Source of the DNA: Phoronis australis
Taxonomy: Eukaryota > Animalia > Phoronida
Assembly: GCA_002633005.1 (NCBI GenBank)
Contig: NMRA01001023.1
Location: 4,976-68,975, forward strand
DNA length: 64,000 bases
Direction: 5' to 3'
This document shows, piece by piece, positions 13,058-25,500 of this stretch. The position numbers and the translations under genes were made by a program. How positions within the stretch are numbered: the stretch's first letter is position 1; the number at the start of each line of letters is the position of its first letter. The notes beneath the pieces were generated by a model, which saw only the letters and a program-made list of their open reading frames with translations, did no database searches and was not told the origin of the DNA.

Positions 13058-14930
13058 CATATGCCCAGTAATGTGTCTGTGTCGGGCTAGGTTGCAGTGG
13101 CCCGTCAAAATTTGAATGACGTGTCTTATACCCAATCTATCTAGACTCAGAAGGCTTTTTGAACCTTTTGGTTCGATCACGTTGGGAAAATTCTCCTTGG
13201 TTTCTCTGCAGGAGTTAAGTGATGCCCACTGGGCTGCTGACTGGGTATGTACCCAGTTGCGTATACTCATCCTGCAACATCCGTAAGATACCGGGATAGC
13301 AGGTTCAGGCACAAAATGCAGAACGCTTGCTCCTATCTTTGCGAGTCTGTCTGCATTCTCATTGCCATCAATTCCCACATGGGCCCTGACCCAGCGTATA
13401 TTGACGGTTCTTTCAATTGCAAGCTTGTTAAGCTCATTAATACAAGCATTAACACAACGAGAGTTGACCCTTAGTTTCTTTAGGGCTTTTATTGCTGCCT
13501 GGCTATCTGAAAAGATGATAATTGGCCGATTGCCAAGTTCAGTGTTATATTGTTGTGCCAATTGAGCAGCTCTATTAATTGCAGTGATCTCAGCCTGAAA
13601 CACCGTGGCAAGATTGCCCAACGATACCCAGTTTTCTGCATCTGCAACAGGAAGGCTTGGAAAGTAGACCCCAGCACCTGTCTGGCCATTTTCCAGTTTA
13701 GAGCCGTCCGTATAACAAACCACCTCATTCTTGTGTTCTGCGGTAGGCCATCCATCGCCAATTTCCGTGAAGAAATTGTTTGTATGATTTAAAGTTGTGA
13801 CCTGGACATCACTAGGCATGTTCCATAGTTGCCCAGTCTTGGCCATTAGCTTATTGCAAACATTCCTGTGGCTTCTGTGTGCAACGGAGTCAGGGATGTT
13901 AGTTTTTACCCACTGACCATTATATTTGAGACGAAGTGTAGCAGATGCAGCTTCACCCTCAAGGTATATGTTCAGTGGTGGTAGACCGATTAGCATTTCT
14001 AGGGCTGCAGAAGGCGTTCCTGGAAAAGCAGATGTTATACACAAACAAGCTAGACGTTGCAGCTGCCTAAGTTTGTTGATAATTGTAATCTGTTTTAATG
14101 CCGTTACCCATATCGACGAAGCATAGGACATTAGAGGTCGGATAACAGCAGTATAAATCCAGAACATATTCTTGGGAGACATTCCCCAAGTTTTACCCAA
14201 GTTTTACCAACCGCACGACTGCATCTCACCAATGCAGATTTGGCTTTTGAGATTTTTTCTGTAATATGCGGGGTCCAGGAAGGACGATGGTGTAAAATGA
14301 CACCTAAGTAAGTCGCCTTGTCTACAAGATCAAGATGTTTACCATTCAGCGTTAAAGGCCTCATTGACCATTTAAGCTTCCAAGTGAACATAATCACCTT
14401 TGTTTTGCTATCACTAATTTCTAAGCCGACTGACTTAGCCCATGTGGCTGTTGTATTCAGTGCTCTTTGAGCAAGATAGCGACATGTGTCAGGATCGATG
14501 CTAGACACACTGAGAACAATATCATCTGCATAGGCTTGAACATACAAGCTTGGACCCATGTCAGTAGATAATTGTTGAAGCAAACCATCCATAACCATGT
14601 TAAAGAGGGTTGGTGAGGCAGCGCCACCCTGAGGTGTTCCTCTGGTGATGCGAACCGCCACACTCACATTGTCTAGACAAGCAGTCACAGATTGACTTCC
14701 AAGCATGTTAATGATCCACCTGGTAAGACACCTATTCACTTTAAAGTGGTTCAGTGCAATTCGAATCGCATCATGCTTAATATTGCTGAAAGCACCAACA
14801 AGATCAATGAAGGCACAGAGGGCAAATTGTTTATTAAAAACAGCCCTTTCCAGTCTAGCAACCAGATGATGTAGAGCGGTCTACGTAGAGAAGCCAGGCC
14901 TATAAGCATACTGATTGTTCTGCAAAGATT
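13058..14930 (-). mobile_element. 5'-truncated non-LTR retrotransposon ORF2 fragment (RT + RNase H; LOA/Lian-like), inactivated
   Basis: RT motifs QYAYRPG, FIDLVGAF, GTPQG, QAYADD, YLGV and GKTWG; RNase H motifs YTDGSK, VFQAEI, FSDSQAA, WVRAH and GNENAD. One in-frame TAG at 14881-14883 and a frameshift at ~14190; 3' end runs into the gap. Confidence 0.93.
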
Positions 14931-15282
14931 CTCAAAAACATCACAGCACCACTTACGGTATGATATGCTGAGGTTGTTAATTGTTTTTTTTTTGTTAATA
15001 TTGTTATACTGTCGATAAAGCATATATTATATGTTGTGAATGGTTCTCTGAATTATTTATCATTTTGTTTATGTTGGCATTCACAGCGAGCACGTGACGT
15101 TACTACATAAAAAATAATCGAATCTTCTGTCCAAGAAATTAAGAAAATAAATGTAATTTTTTTAAATAAGTTTTTAATCGATCAGAAATCTCTGTCAATT
15201 AAAATGATTTTTGGTCTACGATGAGAGAAGATGATATTTTCTAAAGGAAAAGCCTAGTAAAAAACGAATGTCGCAAAATGGC

Positions 15283-15350
15283 TGAATTAGCAATACAGGT
15301 TCACGGTTGCACGTGTTGAATTAGCAATACAGGTTCACGGTTGCACGTGG
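15283..15350 (+). repeat. 34-bp tandem duplication
   Basis: TGAATTAGCAATACAGGTTCACGGTTGCACGTG(T/G) twice. Confidence 0.9.
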
Positions 15351-16001
15351 TGAAATGTCAAGTACTGTTTAGGTAGCTTTTCAGTGTATCATTTTTACTC
15401 ACTACCTAAAGTAAAATGTGTGACTCAAAGGCGCAAACAATGACATCTCAAACTACCCACACCCACACAATGATTTACATGCCCCGAAAAACACCATTTA
15501 AGCCGTTAGCAAGTAAAATCCGTGCCAAATAATCATTTATACAATTTTAACGAGGTTTGTCCTCCTGTCCAAAATTAGGCAGCTTCAAATCAATGCCAAG
15601 TGGCCATTCAATTCATGTTAAGGCGATATCAATTTCTATTTTGAAAGATAAACTTTGGAACAAGTTTGTTAGATCTGGTTTCGTGACTTCTATGTTCAAT
15701 TTGGGGGTGGACATAAAATGTACGTTCACGAATCATCACTTTTGTGACGCTCGTTTCTCGACTAGACTTTTTTTCTTCAAGTCGTATTCTTTCATCTTAA
15801 GAATTAAGATAAAGTTTATCGTTTTTAGAGGACGACGAAATTATCATGATGAAGTTAAAGTACATATACACATTAGGTGAAGTACCTATACATTGTACTT
15901 TATGGGAAAATTAAAAAATTGCGCATTATTCATCAAATTACAAAGTCTTGTCCACGCTGAATAGATACATGTGTTCATTTGTCCAATCCTAAGCTGTGTC
16001 T

Positions 16002-16035
16002 GGTGTTGTTGCTGCTGCTGTTGTTGTTGCTGTTG

Positions 16036-16082
<47 letters not shown>

Positions 16083-16093
16083 ACTGGCTGCTG
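16002..16093. repeat. (TGC/TGT)n trinucleotide microsatellite, intronic
   Basis: About 30 TGY triplets ~100 bp upstream of a GM2A exon acceptor. Confidence 0.95.
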
Positions 16094-16196
16094 CTAACGA
16101 TAACATTGACGATTGGCGATGTTTGTGATGATAAAGCTAAGCTACTGAAGACGATAGGCCTATACACAATATCTGTGCTTCCTGTTCATCATTAAG

Positions 16197-19046
16197 GCTC
16201 AACTGGAGATAAAGAAAAAGATCTTGGGTGTTTACGTGACCATTCCGTGCATAGACAACGTAGGCTCGTGCACCTACAAGGACATTTGTTCGATGATTCC
16301 CTTCAAGCCCGGCCAACCATGTCCCGCCCCTCTGCCGAAGTTCGGGTTACCCTGCACGTGCCCCTTTAACCAGGTAAGAAACGTGTTCCTAAATATTTGT
16401 TTTCAGTGGCGTTGCTAAGGGAGGGTCATAAGCTGACCGCCTAAGGGTGGCATCCCTAGCGGGTGCAGAAACACTGGTGAAGACTTGGGACTAGGGTGCG
16501 GAAAGTACAACGCCAGGAAGTAGGCGTGGGGGGAAGGGGTGAGTGGTTAGTGGCACCGTTATCTCCACCTGAGCGGAAATAATCTTAGCTACGCTACTGT
16601 CTCATTTATACCTATCGTAACTTATTAACTATTCACGATTTTTCAGTGCAGATTTAAGACAACCTTGAGATAACCGTAATAAGCGGTCCTCAGTGTTTGT
16701 GATTTGCAGAAAATTGACTTGATCTCATGTAATCTCACAGCCCAGTGCTCCATCAGTACGAGGGTAACTTAGGCAATTAATCAGCTGCGTGGTTAGTATT
16801 AATGTCGGCTTAATCGGAAAATAACAATACCGCTCGCCCCCTCCGGTCGCCAATAGATTTCACGCCTCAACTGTTTCAGTCCCCTTACTCCCCACAGTCG
16901 TCACAAATTTTTCACTCCCAGTCAACACCTCGCGACATCCTCCCCTCGGGTATTACTCCACGTCTCTGGACGACTGTCTGCTGTCATCCAGATGTTAAAA
17001 AGTGAGCTTCACCCCGTCGTGAAACTATAATTGTAGTGCTAACGACCGGCCGGGGTGCATGCAAAATCTGTGGGAATAAACCAATACTCACCTTGCCTGT
17101 TGCAGCTGTTCAAGTGGAAAAAAGAACATCATTTTCCGCCTTTTGCGACAAAGAAAGCCCTGTTGTCGTTTTGGAAACAATGCGCTCGTGCCCCGCGCAC
17201 GCGCCATTTCCTACTGAAATTTTGCGATATCTCTCGGGACATGATGACAGTTTCGTAGCAAATTGGGTTTGCTGGTATAAAATAATAAAAACTTGTAAGG
17301 AAACGAAACCAGTTCCGATTGTTATGACATGTACGCAACCTCGTGGAAGAGAAGAACAGTGTTGATTGAAGAATCAGGGAAATTGGCCAATAGATTAGCA
17401 AAGACGCAGAAAGCCGACCCAAAAGAGCCCACCACAAATTTATCAGAAAATAAAGTTCAACGCCAATTTTTAACTTCGGTAAATAGTTAAGATTACTCAA
17501 GAAAAAGTTTTGTTTTTAATAACATCATTAACTTTGGCGGCGACTGGCCGATGAAGAATATACGCTACGCAAGCCGGCCGGAGGGAGTGAAATTAAGCTG
17601 ACGGACTGACGTCACCCAGGCCGTTTGCCGACGGACTTACGCCACCAAGGCCAGTACGAAACTGGCCACCCTTCCTCCGCGTCCGCGAAACAAAACGGCC
17701 CGCAAGAAAAAAAGAGAGCACCTCGAATCTAAATAGGGGGCCGGTGCACTACCTGGGACCAAGGCGGTGCCAAAACGGGCGCAACAAAGGTCTGAAGCTG
17801 AGCGGGGGAGACGGAATTTGTGTGAAGGATGCATTTTGCATTCATACTATACATTTTATATAATATATTTTATATAATAGATAAAAGACGGCTTGGAGCT
17901 CAAGGTTCAGTGCGTCCCGCAGACCGCAAGGCATTGGTTTGCAGTTACGAGGAATACCTTTGCAAATGGGCCCGCAAAAGTGAAATGAATCCCATAACTC
18001 AATACCTTAACACTTCACTCCACTCGCAAAACACTTGCACTTCAGCCGCGGGATTTTGCGAATTTTCGAGACATGCTAGATCTACGGAACGATCTCCAGG
18101 CATGGGTTTCTTAGACGAGAGAACATCACGAAATAACAAGATCACAAGTGTCTACTGTTCAGTGCTCGAGTACCGGTACATGTAACACTGATGGGTTTCT
18201 AGTCCAAGTTCGTTATGAGATTCGAGTTACAAACTTGAGTATAAACTCGAGATTTCGAGTTCAAACTCAAATTTTAATTCTGGGGACATCATGTGCAGAC
18301 TAGGATTACACAGTTATCCAGATAAGCCATAATGTAGTGGAGCACAGAACAATAGGTACTTATCTCGAGTTCGCACAACAGTAGAACGAAAAATGCCAAA
18401 AAAGTTTCGATTTCGATTTCGTGTTCAAAGATAAACCTCGGACTCAGGTTGTATGCAAACTCCACTCGTCCAAATTCGTTTTACAGAAAATTACAAGCGA
18501 TGTTGATATATGACTTCGAGTTCATTAAAACCTTCCTCGAACGGATATTCTGGTTGTATTTTAGAATAGAAGGAAGCACGATTTAAACACTCATCAAATT
18601 ATATGTGCGCCATATCATGTGACCGCGGGAAAACTGCAAAATATCACTGTGCCTTGCAACTGAACACGCGTGTATCTTCTAACGTTTTCGCGATTATCTT
18701 TGGTCTACAGAACGCAGCCCGGCCACCGGCGAAAATTCGGATGTGCCTAGTAACTTTGAATGAACTGAGTGTGGCGACGTAAAGGAAAGTCAGACAATAA
18801 GCGTCCATTACATTTGACAATTCATGATGTGATGTTTTATGAGCTAAATTTACATAATGCCGTTCAAGTTAGACTTTGCGTTTGTCATTTCAGGGTTCCT
18901 ACAGCTTACCTAAAACCACGGTGCACATTCAGCCACCAGGGTCGCTGCCATCCTTCCTGGAGAGCGGCGATTATCAAGTGAAAGTAAACCTGATGCAGAA
19001 AGGAACACGAGTGGGCTGCTATGAAGTGCAGGCATCCCTGGCTTGA
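16197..19046 (+). CDS. GM2A: GM2 activator-like paralog, exons 3 and 4 only
   Basis: Exon 16197-16373 (IPCIDNVGSCTY...GLPCTCPFNQ) and exon 18894-19046 (GSYSLPK...LPSFLESGDY...VGCYEVQASLA*). Exons 1-2 were not found upstream. Confidence 0.88.
16404..16599. mobile_element. Short hAT-like MITE
   Basis: 16-bp TIRs CAGTGGCGTTGCTAAG / CTTAGCTACGCTACTG; GC-rich interior; no clear TSD. Confidence 0.7.
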
Positions 19047-20842
19047 TTCCTTCATTTGCGGGGCCATTTGCATGTACATCTACACCACTGCTTCATCATA
19101 GATACTCATATCTATAATCTATGGCTTCATAATACTCCTCTCTTTAGGTACTTAACGGATAATATCTTCTTAAAACTGCTTTGAGGTGATGATGTGGTAA
19201 CGTTTATATAGTCCATAGGACAGAAGTTGGTGTAAAGAGGTCAGTGGATTTTGGCAATGATGTTTCCCTTGTCCATCTAATTGTACAATTCCATAGCATC
19301 AATGTTTCATGTCCGCGAAGGATCACTGTCTTACTCAGTTCGGTAACTTGCCCACGGTTTGTAATATTCCCAGATTACAAAAGTGAGTGTGCTGGCACTT
19401 CATCGCCTAATCTCAACACAGGGTTTTAAGGGATTTTAGGGATTATGGAAAATTACCTGTGTCACCATACTAAAACTCTTAGTTTTGACCTTGGACCGTA
19501 CCAACACGCACGTAACGTCGTCACTACGACAAACATGTAGCAACACCTTCGACGATTCATCTGGGAAAATACAGAAACGTACAAAGATAGAAACTGAAAT
19601 AAAAACATCGTAGGCCTATGGGTTGATGACAAATGTTTTCGGACTCCTTGCTTTCGAGGGACGTATCCATTCATTTTGAGCCTCACACGTTTTTTATAGT
19701 TACTGTTTGCCTAAATATTGAAACCAAAAACTAAACGATTCAGTGAAATATATTTCAGTCACGTGTTGTGGTAGTCATGTACCACTGATTATTTCATGGC
19801 TCACAGTGCTATTTTACTATTACGGAACTCTTAGATAAATATGTCCCCGTGTTATCGTTATAGGGCTAGTAATGTGTCTCTTGAAATTTTAATTAATTTT
19901 TTATTGTTGTCGATAATCTGTGACCAGAGGAAAAACGTCTGTCCTTCGGCGTTTTACACNTCGATTTCGATTTCGTGTTCAAAGATAAACCTCGGACTCA
20001 GGTTGTATGCAAACTCCACTCGTCCAAATTCGTTTTTACAGAAAATTACAAGCGATGTTGATATATGACTTCGAGTTCATTAAAACCTTCCTCGAACGGA
20101 TATTCTGGTTGTATTTTTGAATAGAAGGAAGCACGATTTAAACACTCATTAAATTATATGTGCGCCATATCATGTGCCTTACCACTGAACACGCGTGTAA
20201 CTTCTAACGTTTCCGCGATTATCTTCGGTCTACAGAACGCAGCCCGGCCACCGGCGAAAATTCGGATGTGCCTAGTAACTTTGAATGAACTGAGTGCTGC
20301 GACGTAAAGGAAAGTCAGACAATAAGCGTCCATTACATTTGACAATTCATGATGTGATGTTTTATGAGCTAAATTTTCATAATGCCGTTCAAGTTAGACA
20401 TTGCGTTTGTCATTTCAGGGTTCCTACAGCTTACCTAAAACCACGGTGCACATTCAGCCACCAGGGTCGCTGCCGTCCTTCCTGGAGAGCGGCGATTATC
20501 AAGTGAAAGTAAACCTGATGCAGAAAGGAACACGAGTGGGCTGCTATGAAGTGCAGGCATCCCTGGCTTGATTTCTTCATTTGCGGGGCCATTTGCATGT
20601 ACATCTACACCACTGCTTCATCATAGATACTCATATCTATAATCCATGGCTTCATAATACTCCTCCCTTTAGGTACTTAACGGATAATATCTTCTTAAAA
20701 CTGCTTTGAGGTGATGATGTGGTAACATTTATATAGTCCATAGGACAGAAGTTGGTGTAAAGAGGTCAGTGGATTTTGGCAATGATGTTTCCCTTGTCCA
20801 TCTAATTGTACAATTTCCATAGCATCAATGTTTCATGTCCGC
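18407..20842 (+). repeat. ~0.9-kb direct duplication (18407-19316 vs 19961-20842)
   Basis: Second copy starts right after the single N at 19960; a few SNPs and one ~30-bp indel. Confidence 0.92.
20419..20571 (+). CDS. GM2A: Duplicate last exon of the GM2 activator-like paralog
   Basis: Same peptide as 18894-19046 (one synonymous change seen); lies within a duplicate that starts at the single-N join at 19960. Confidence 0.75.
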   Translation, partial: GSYSLPKTTVHIQPPGSLPSFLESGDYQVKVNLMQKGTRVGCYEVQASLA

Positions 20843-22570
20843 CAGTGGTTTGAAGACTTCTCTCCAAAGCTTCCATCGATAGAATAAAGCGTGTTACACA
20901 TCTTATGTTCTCTTCTTTTGTGACTTTAAAAATCACTTAAACATATGTTATCATAACCCGCATTCCAAGGAATGTGCATATGGTTCAATTTTATGCGCGT
21001 GCTCATGAAAAAAAATTCAAATTACTTATCACAGTGCAACAGAAGAAACCTGATCGTTGTCACCATGCGCTAATTGACATTAACGAGACTGACCTCACAC
21101 AAGATCCTAATAACAATTACATGGTACCGTCCAATTTGCTGAATCATTTTACACTGCTAGAAAATTTTATAGACTAAAGAACGAAAAGGTTTAACTTGAC
21201 GTTTGGGTTTTCATTACATGTTTCGCCTGTCGGTGACAGCACCAGAAACTGGTTATCGCAATGTAGTTGGCGTGGCAGTGCTATGTCAGACTGTCCGAGT
21301 TCTTGTACAGTGACATTTATAACTTGAACTGAATACAGCCGAATAACGTCCACATGAAATTATAGAACAATGTAAAAATTCTTATGATATGGAATTTCGC
21401 TTTTTGCTGGACAATTTGGCATGGGATACTTACTCTGAAATGTATTGTGAATCTTTTTACACGTGCACGATTTTTATAAAAACATTGTCAATGACGCACA
21501 CAGTGGTCAAGACAGGCTCGCGAACTAACTAGTTAACGTCAAACTAGTGTAAGTGAATCTTTATGTTGAAATACTCAGTATACTCCATTTGGTATATCTC
21601 TTTGTATGTGTAATTAGGATTGCTAAGTAAATCATGAACTAAAACAATGGAATTCAAAGATGGCCCCGGTTCACAATCAGTTTGAAAAGCGGCAAAGCGT
21701 GTTTTTGGGAGATTGTTGTCGGTTAGGATAGGCTTCTTGAAGTTATTAGCTATGATCGAACTTGAAAACAGCAAAATCTGTTGCTTTTTATTTGAAATTG
21801 CCGACGTTAGCTTCCAGCAATTCCGTAAATTGTGAAATTGACGCTGGTGGCTTTCTCAGATGAACACGTACTAAATAGGCTAATCAGTGACTTGTCGTGG
21901 ATTTACTTGCAAAGCGGCAGACTGGGACTGTTGAGGTCGTGGATTGAAAAGCTACGGGNTTGGAAGATAGTCATAACTCACTAGGTTATGTTTTGAAAGT
22001 TCAACGGGAAACGAAACCATGGACGTTCTCGCTTAGCACTAAGATTTTTTTACTGAATTACGATTTATCTTGGCTAAACTACAAGTCACGTTTCTGCTAA
22101 CACCTTTCGTGCGTAGAGGAGAAACCTTAATTAATATGTACATGGAGTTGAATAGATAGTGGACAATTAAAACTTTGGTTTGAATGCCTGTGAAATGTAA
22201 TAAATAAATTGATAATGGTAATTAATAAATTCTGTGGTTTACTTGACACGATTGGAAAATGGTTAGTCCGACCGAACACTTCGAGCGTGGAATTAAACCC
22301 ACCTTCGTGTGTACTGTGGCTTCACTAACCTGAGTTTCCTGATTCAATGACTCGTGTCATTTAAGCTGGCAGCCAATCAGGGCGCGAGAACAATCAGCAC
22401 TGTCATTTTCCCAAATCATCTCCCACAAACTTCCGTGTTACCGCGTTCAGTCTAGTCCGGTAACACTTCCTCCTTGAAAATCTGTACATGTTGATCGCTT
22501 GGAGGAGCTTCGGTCGTATTAGTCTTCGGCAACAGTTTGGTCAAGTCGTGTTGACTCGAGCAGTTCAAAA

Positions 22571-25500
22571 ATGTCTCCCGCAACTGTCACCATCATCCTG
22601 TTGCTCGGCCTCACTCTGAGTGTTTTCCATGTCAACGGGTGGTCTAAGGAGTGGATCGACAATCTGGACAGTAAAGGTGACGGCGAAGAAACGGACTTAA
22701 AGTCGTTCATCAACATACTCAGCAAACCTCGGGTTCTCGACCGGTACAAACTTCATAAAATCGTAAGTATAAGCTAAACGCTTTGCTCCTTTTTTCTGTT
22801 TTTGCTCGTGTTTTTTTTTTCTTCTTTTTTCTTTTTCTGTTCCGGCTCATAGATGCACTCGGAAAATGAAAATGATAGTCAATAGGAGGGCACAGATCTG
22901 CTACAAATGAGAAACGGTATCAATTTTATTTTTTTATGCATTGACAAGAGACCGTCTTCAGGCCCGTAGGAAGGCAAAAATTATTAGTAGCACCAACCTT
23001 CGACTTCGCCAACCTACCTCCTTCCTATCGCTACACCCCCCACCCCGTTCTCTATGTCACCATATTTGTACCGACCCTCCGCGTCCGCCATAGGTGGGTT
23101 GGTTGGTAATACCTGAGATGCAGGCATCAGGATTTGAGTAACCGTGAACCAACAAGGTATTTAGCGGTATGAAAGCGACTTCAAATATAGAACAGCATGT
23201 AAGATAGGGAAATGTATTAAAAAGTACTTGAAGCTGTAACCCTATACTGTCCAGTAAAACATGCAGCAATAAGATAAGTTACATTCGAGGAATCATGGCT
23301 CGTGTGTATATATAATTAGGAAACACGTGATCTCATCATAGACACAGTTCATGGTTTTATAACATATCACAATAGAATAGCCCAATTTGAAACAAATTTT
23401 AAAACCGAAACTCAAAAGCCTCAATATAGATTGATGTTAAAACACATCTATGTCTAGCAATAACATTAATTTGCTTACGAAAAATCTAAGTGCTCTAGGT
23501 TGTGAATACGTAATTACATTTAGTTTCGTTATCGTTTTAAGATTTGAGATGCAACATTTTTTATAAATTACTGTACGAATCCGAAACCTTGTGACTGTCA
23601 CTTAACTTCATACAGTTTGAAAGTTTAAAGAGTAATATCCTGCTTAGTCACTACCTGAAATAAATTACATACCTGGTTACTCAGCCTCACAAAACATGTT
23701 TCGAACCATTTCACATAATGGCAGAAAATTTCCCACCAAAAAGCACAAAGTTTAGGACCCAGTTGCATAAAAGTTATACGCCCTATAGCAACAATGACGT
23801 CGCATTATCACCCGCCACGTTGTTATTGTTGAAAACGCACCTGACGTCATGCAACCCAGCCCAGGTCTTATCGGCTAATAAAACTAAGTGTAGAAATGCC
23901 ATCAAGTTTTATGAGGGTAGACAACATCCTTTCTAAGACTAGGCCATTTCACTGCAGTAGTAGTTGGTTCCCTGAATTCGTTTTGATCATAGCCACCAAT
24001 CACGGCACATCACGGCAAGGAAAATTGACAGACCTTTATGCTGGAGCCGATATCATGATTTCAATGTTTAGGCCGAAAGCAGAAAGAAGCTGCCCAATAA
24101 TTATTCGGCAAAATGAAATTCGCCACGGCAGGTATATTATCGCGGCGAAGTTTTCTTGTTTGCTTGCTTGATTTGTACGCAGGCTATAGAGCCCACATTT
24201 TACACCGATTGACCCTAAATTTAGGCCAAGCAAATAACTCCGCAAAATTCATGATCTTTTGCTTGTGATCAAAATCGGACTCAACATGGCGCTGGAAGAC
24301 ACATTTTTGGTCAATTTGCTTTAGAGTCATAGGTCTCTCTACTTGTCCTTTGCGAAAGTTTCGGAAAATTGGCATGTGGATGGTGTTAGAGATAATTCTG
24401 TATATTACAATCACCAACTTAAAATTAGGATGAATTTTGTCAGTTGAAAGATATCATTAAAGAATAACAGTTCGCAACTTTTAGTCCTGTTTATTTTTTA
24501 CATTATTTTACTATTAATTTTTATTTTTTTAAAAGTGGCCCGGGCTTCCTCGGAAACTTCATTGCTTATGGCGGCGGTTGATTGAGAACACAAAATGCAC
24601 AAGTCAAGTGTTACTCATTACGGCGTCCATTTTAGGTGGTAGTGCACGACCAATAATAAAAATTTATTCAATCCACATTAAAATAAGTTCGAAAACATTT
24701 GGAGTAGTGTTCAGTGAGCATTATTGGAGTTGACGGGTCTGTCATTTGCACCAGTTACTGAGAACAGTCTCCACTGAGCTACAACGGTCTTGTCGTTTTT
24801 TCCAAGCTCAAAAACCACCCCTGAATCTAAGAAAGGCACACGTTGAGATCTGTTTTGTCATCGAAAATCGCTGCAAGCGAGTGCGTTTGAACTGATAAGT
24901 GTTTTGATAAACTTTCACTAAAGAAAGGTGGCGCGAATCGTGAACACGTGCTTGCCACTTCCCGAAATATNTTCCTCGGAAACTTCATTGCTTATGGCGG
25001 CGGTTGATTGAGAACACAAAATGCACGAGTCAAGTGTTACTCATTACGGCGTCCATTTTAGGTGATAGAGCACGACCAATAATAAAAATTTATTCAATCC
25101 AAATTAAATTAAGTTCGAAAACATTTGGAGTTGTGTTCAGTGAGCATTATTGGAGTTGACGGGTCTGTCATTTGCACCAGTTACTGAGAACAGTCTCCAC
25201 TGAGCTACAACGGTCTTGTCGGTTTTTTCCAAGCTCAAAAACTACGATGACCCCTGAATCTAAGAAAGGCACACGTTGAGATTTGTTTTGTCATCGAAAA
25301 TCGCTGCAATCGAGTGCGTTTGAACTAATAAGTGTTTTGATAAACTTTCACTAAAGAAAGGTGGCGCGAATCGTGAACACGTGCTTGCCACTTCCCGAAA
25401 TATCACGCGCCTCTCTTTTTGTGGTATTCAAGCACAATGATACACGTAGGCTGGGCACATATCACACAGTTGGGCTGCTGTAGTCCTAAGCATTATATTT

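Noticed and set aside
15971-16195. Poly-Cys ORF (poly-Gln on the opposite strand)
   Set aside because: Translation of an intronic TGY microsatellite; no splice or homology support
24546-25403. Biological tandem duplication
   Set aside because: Copies abut exactly at a single-N contig join, typical of unmerged allelic overlap
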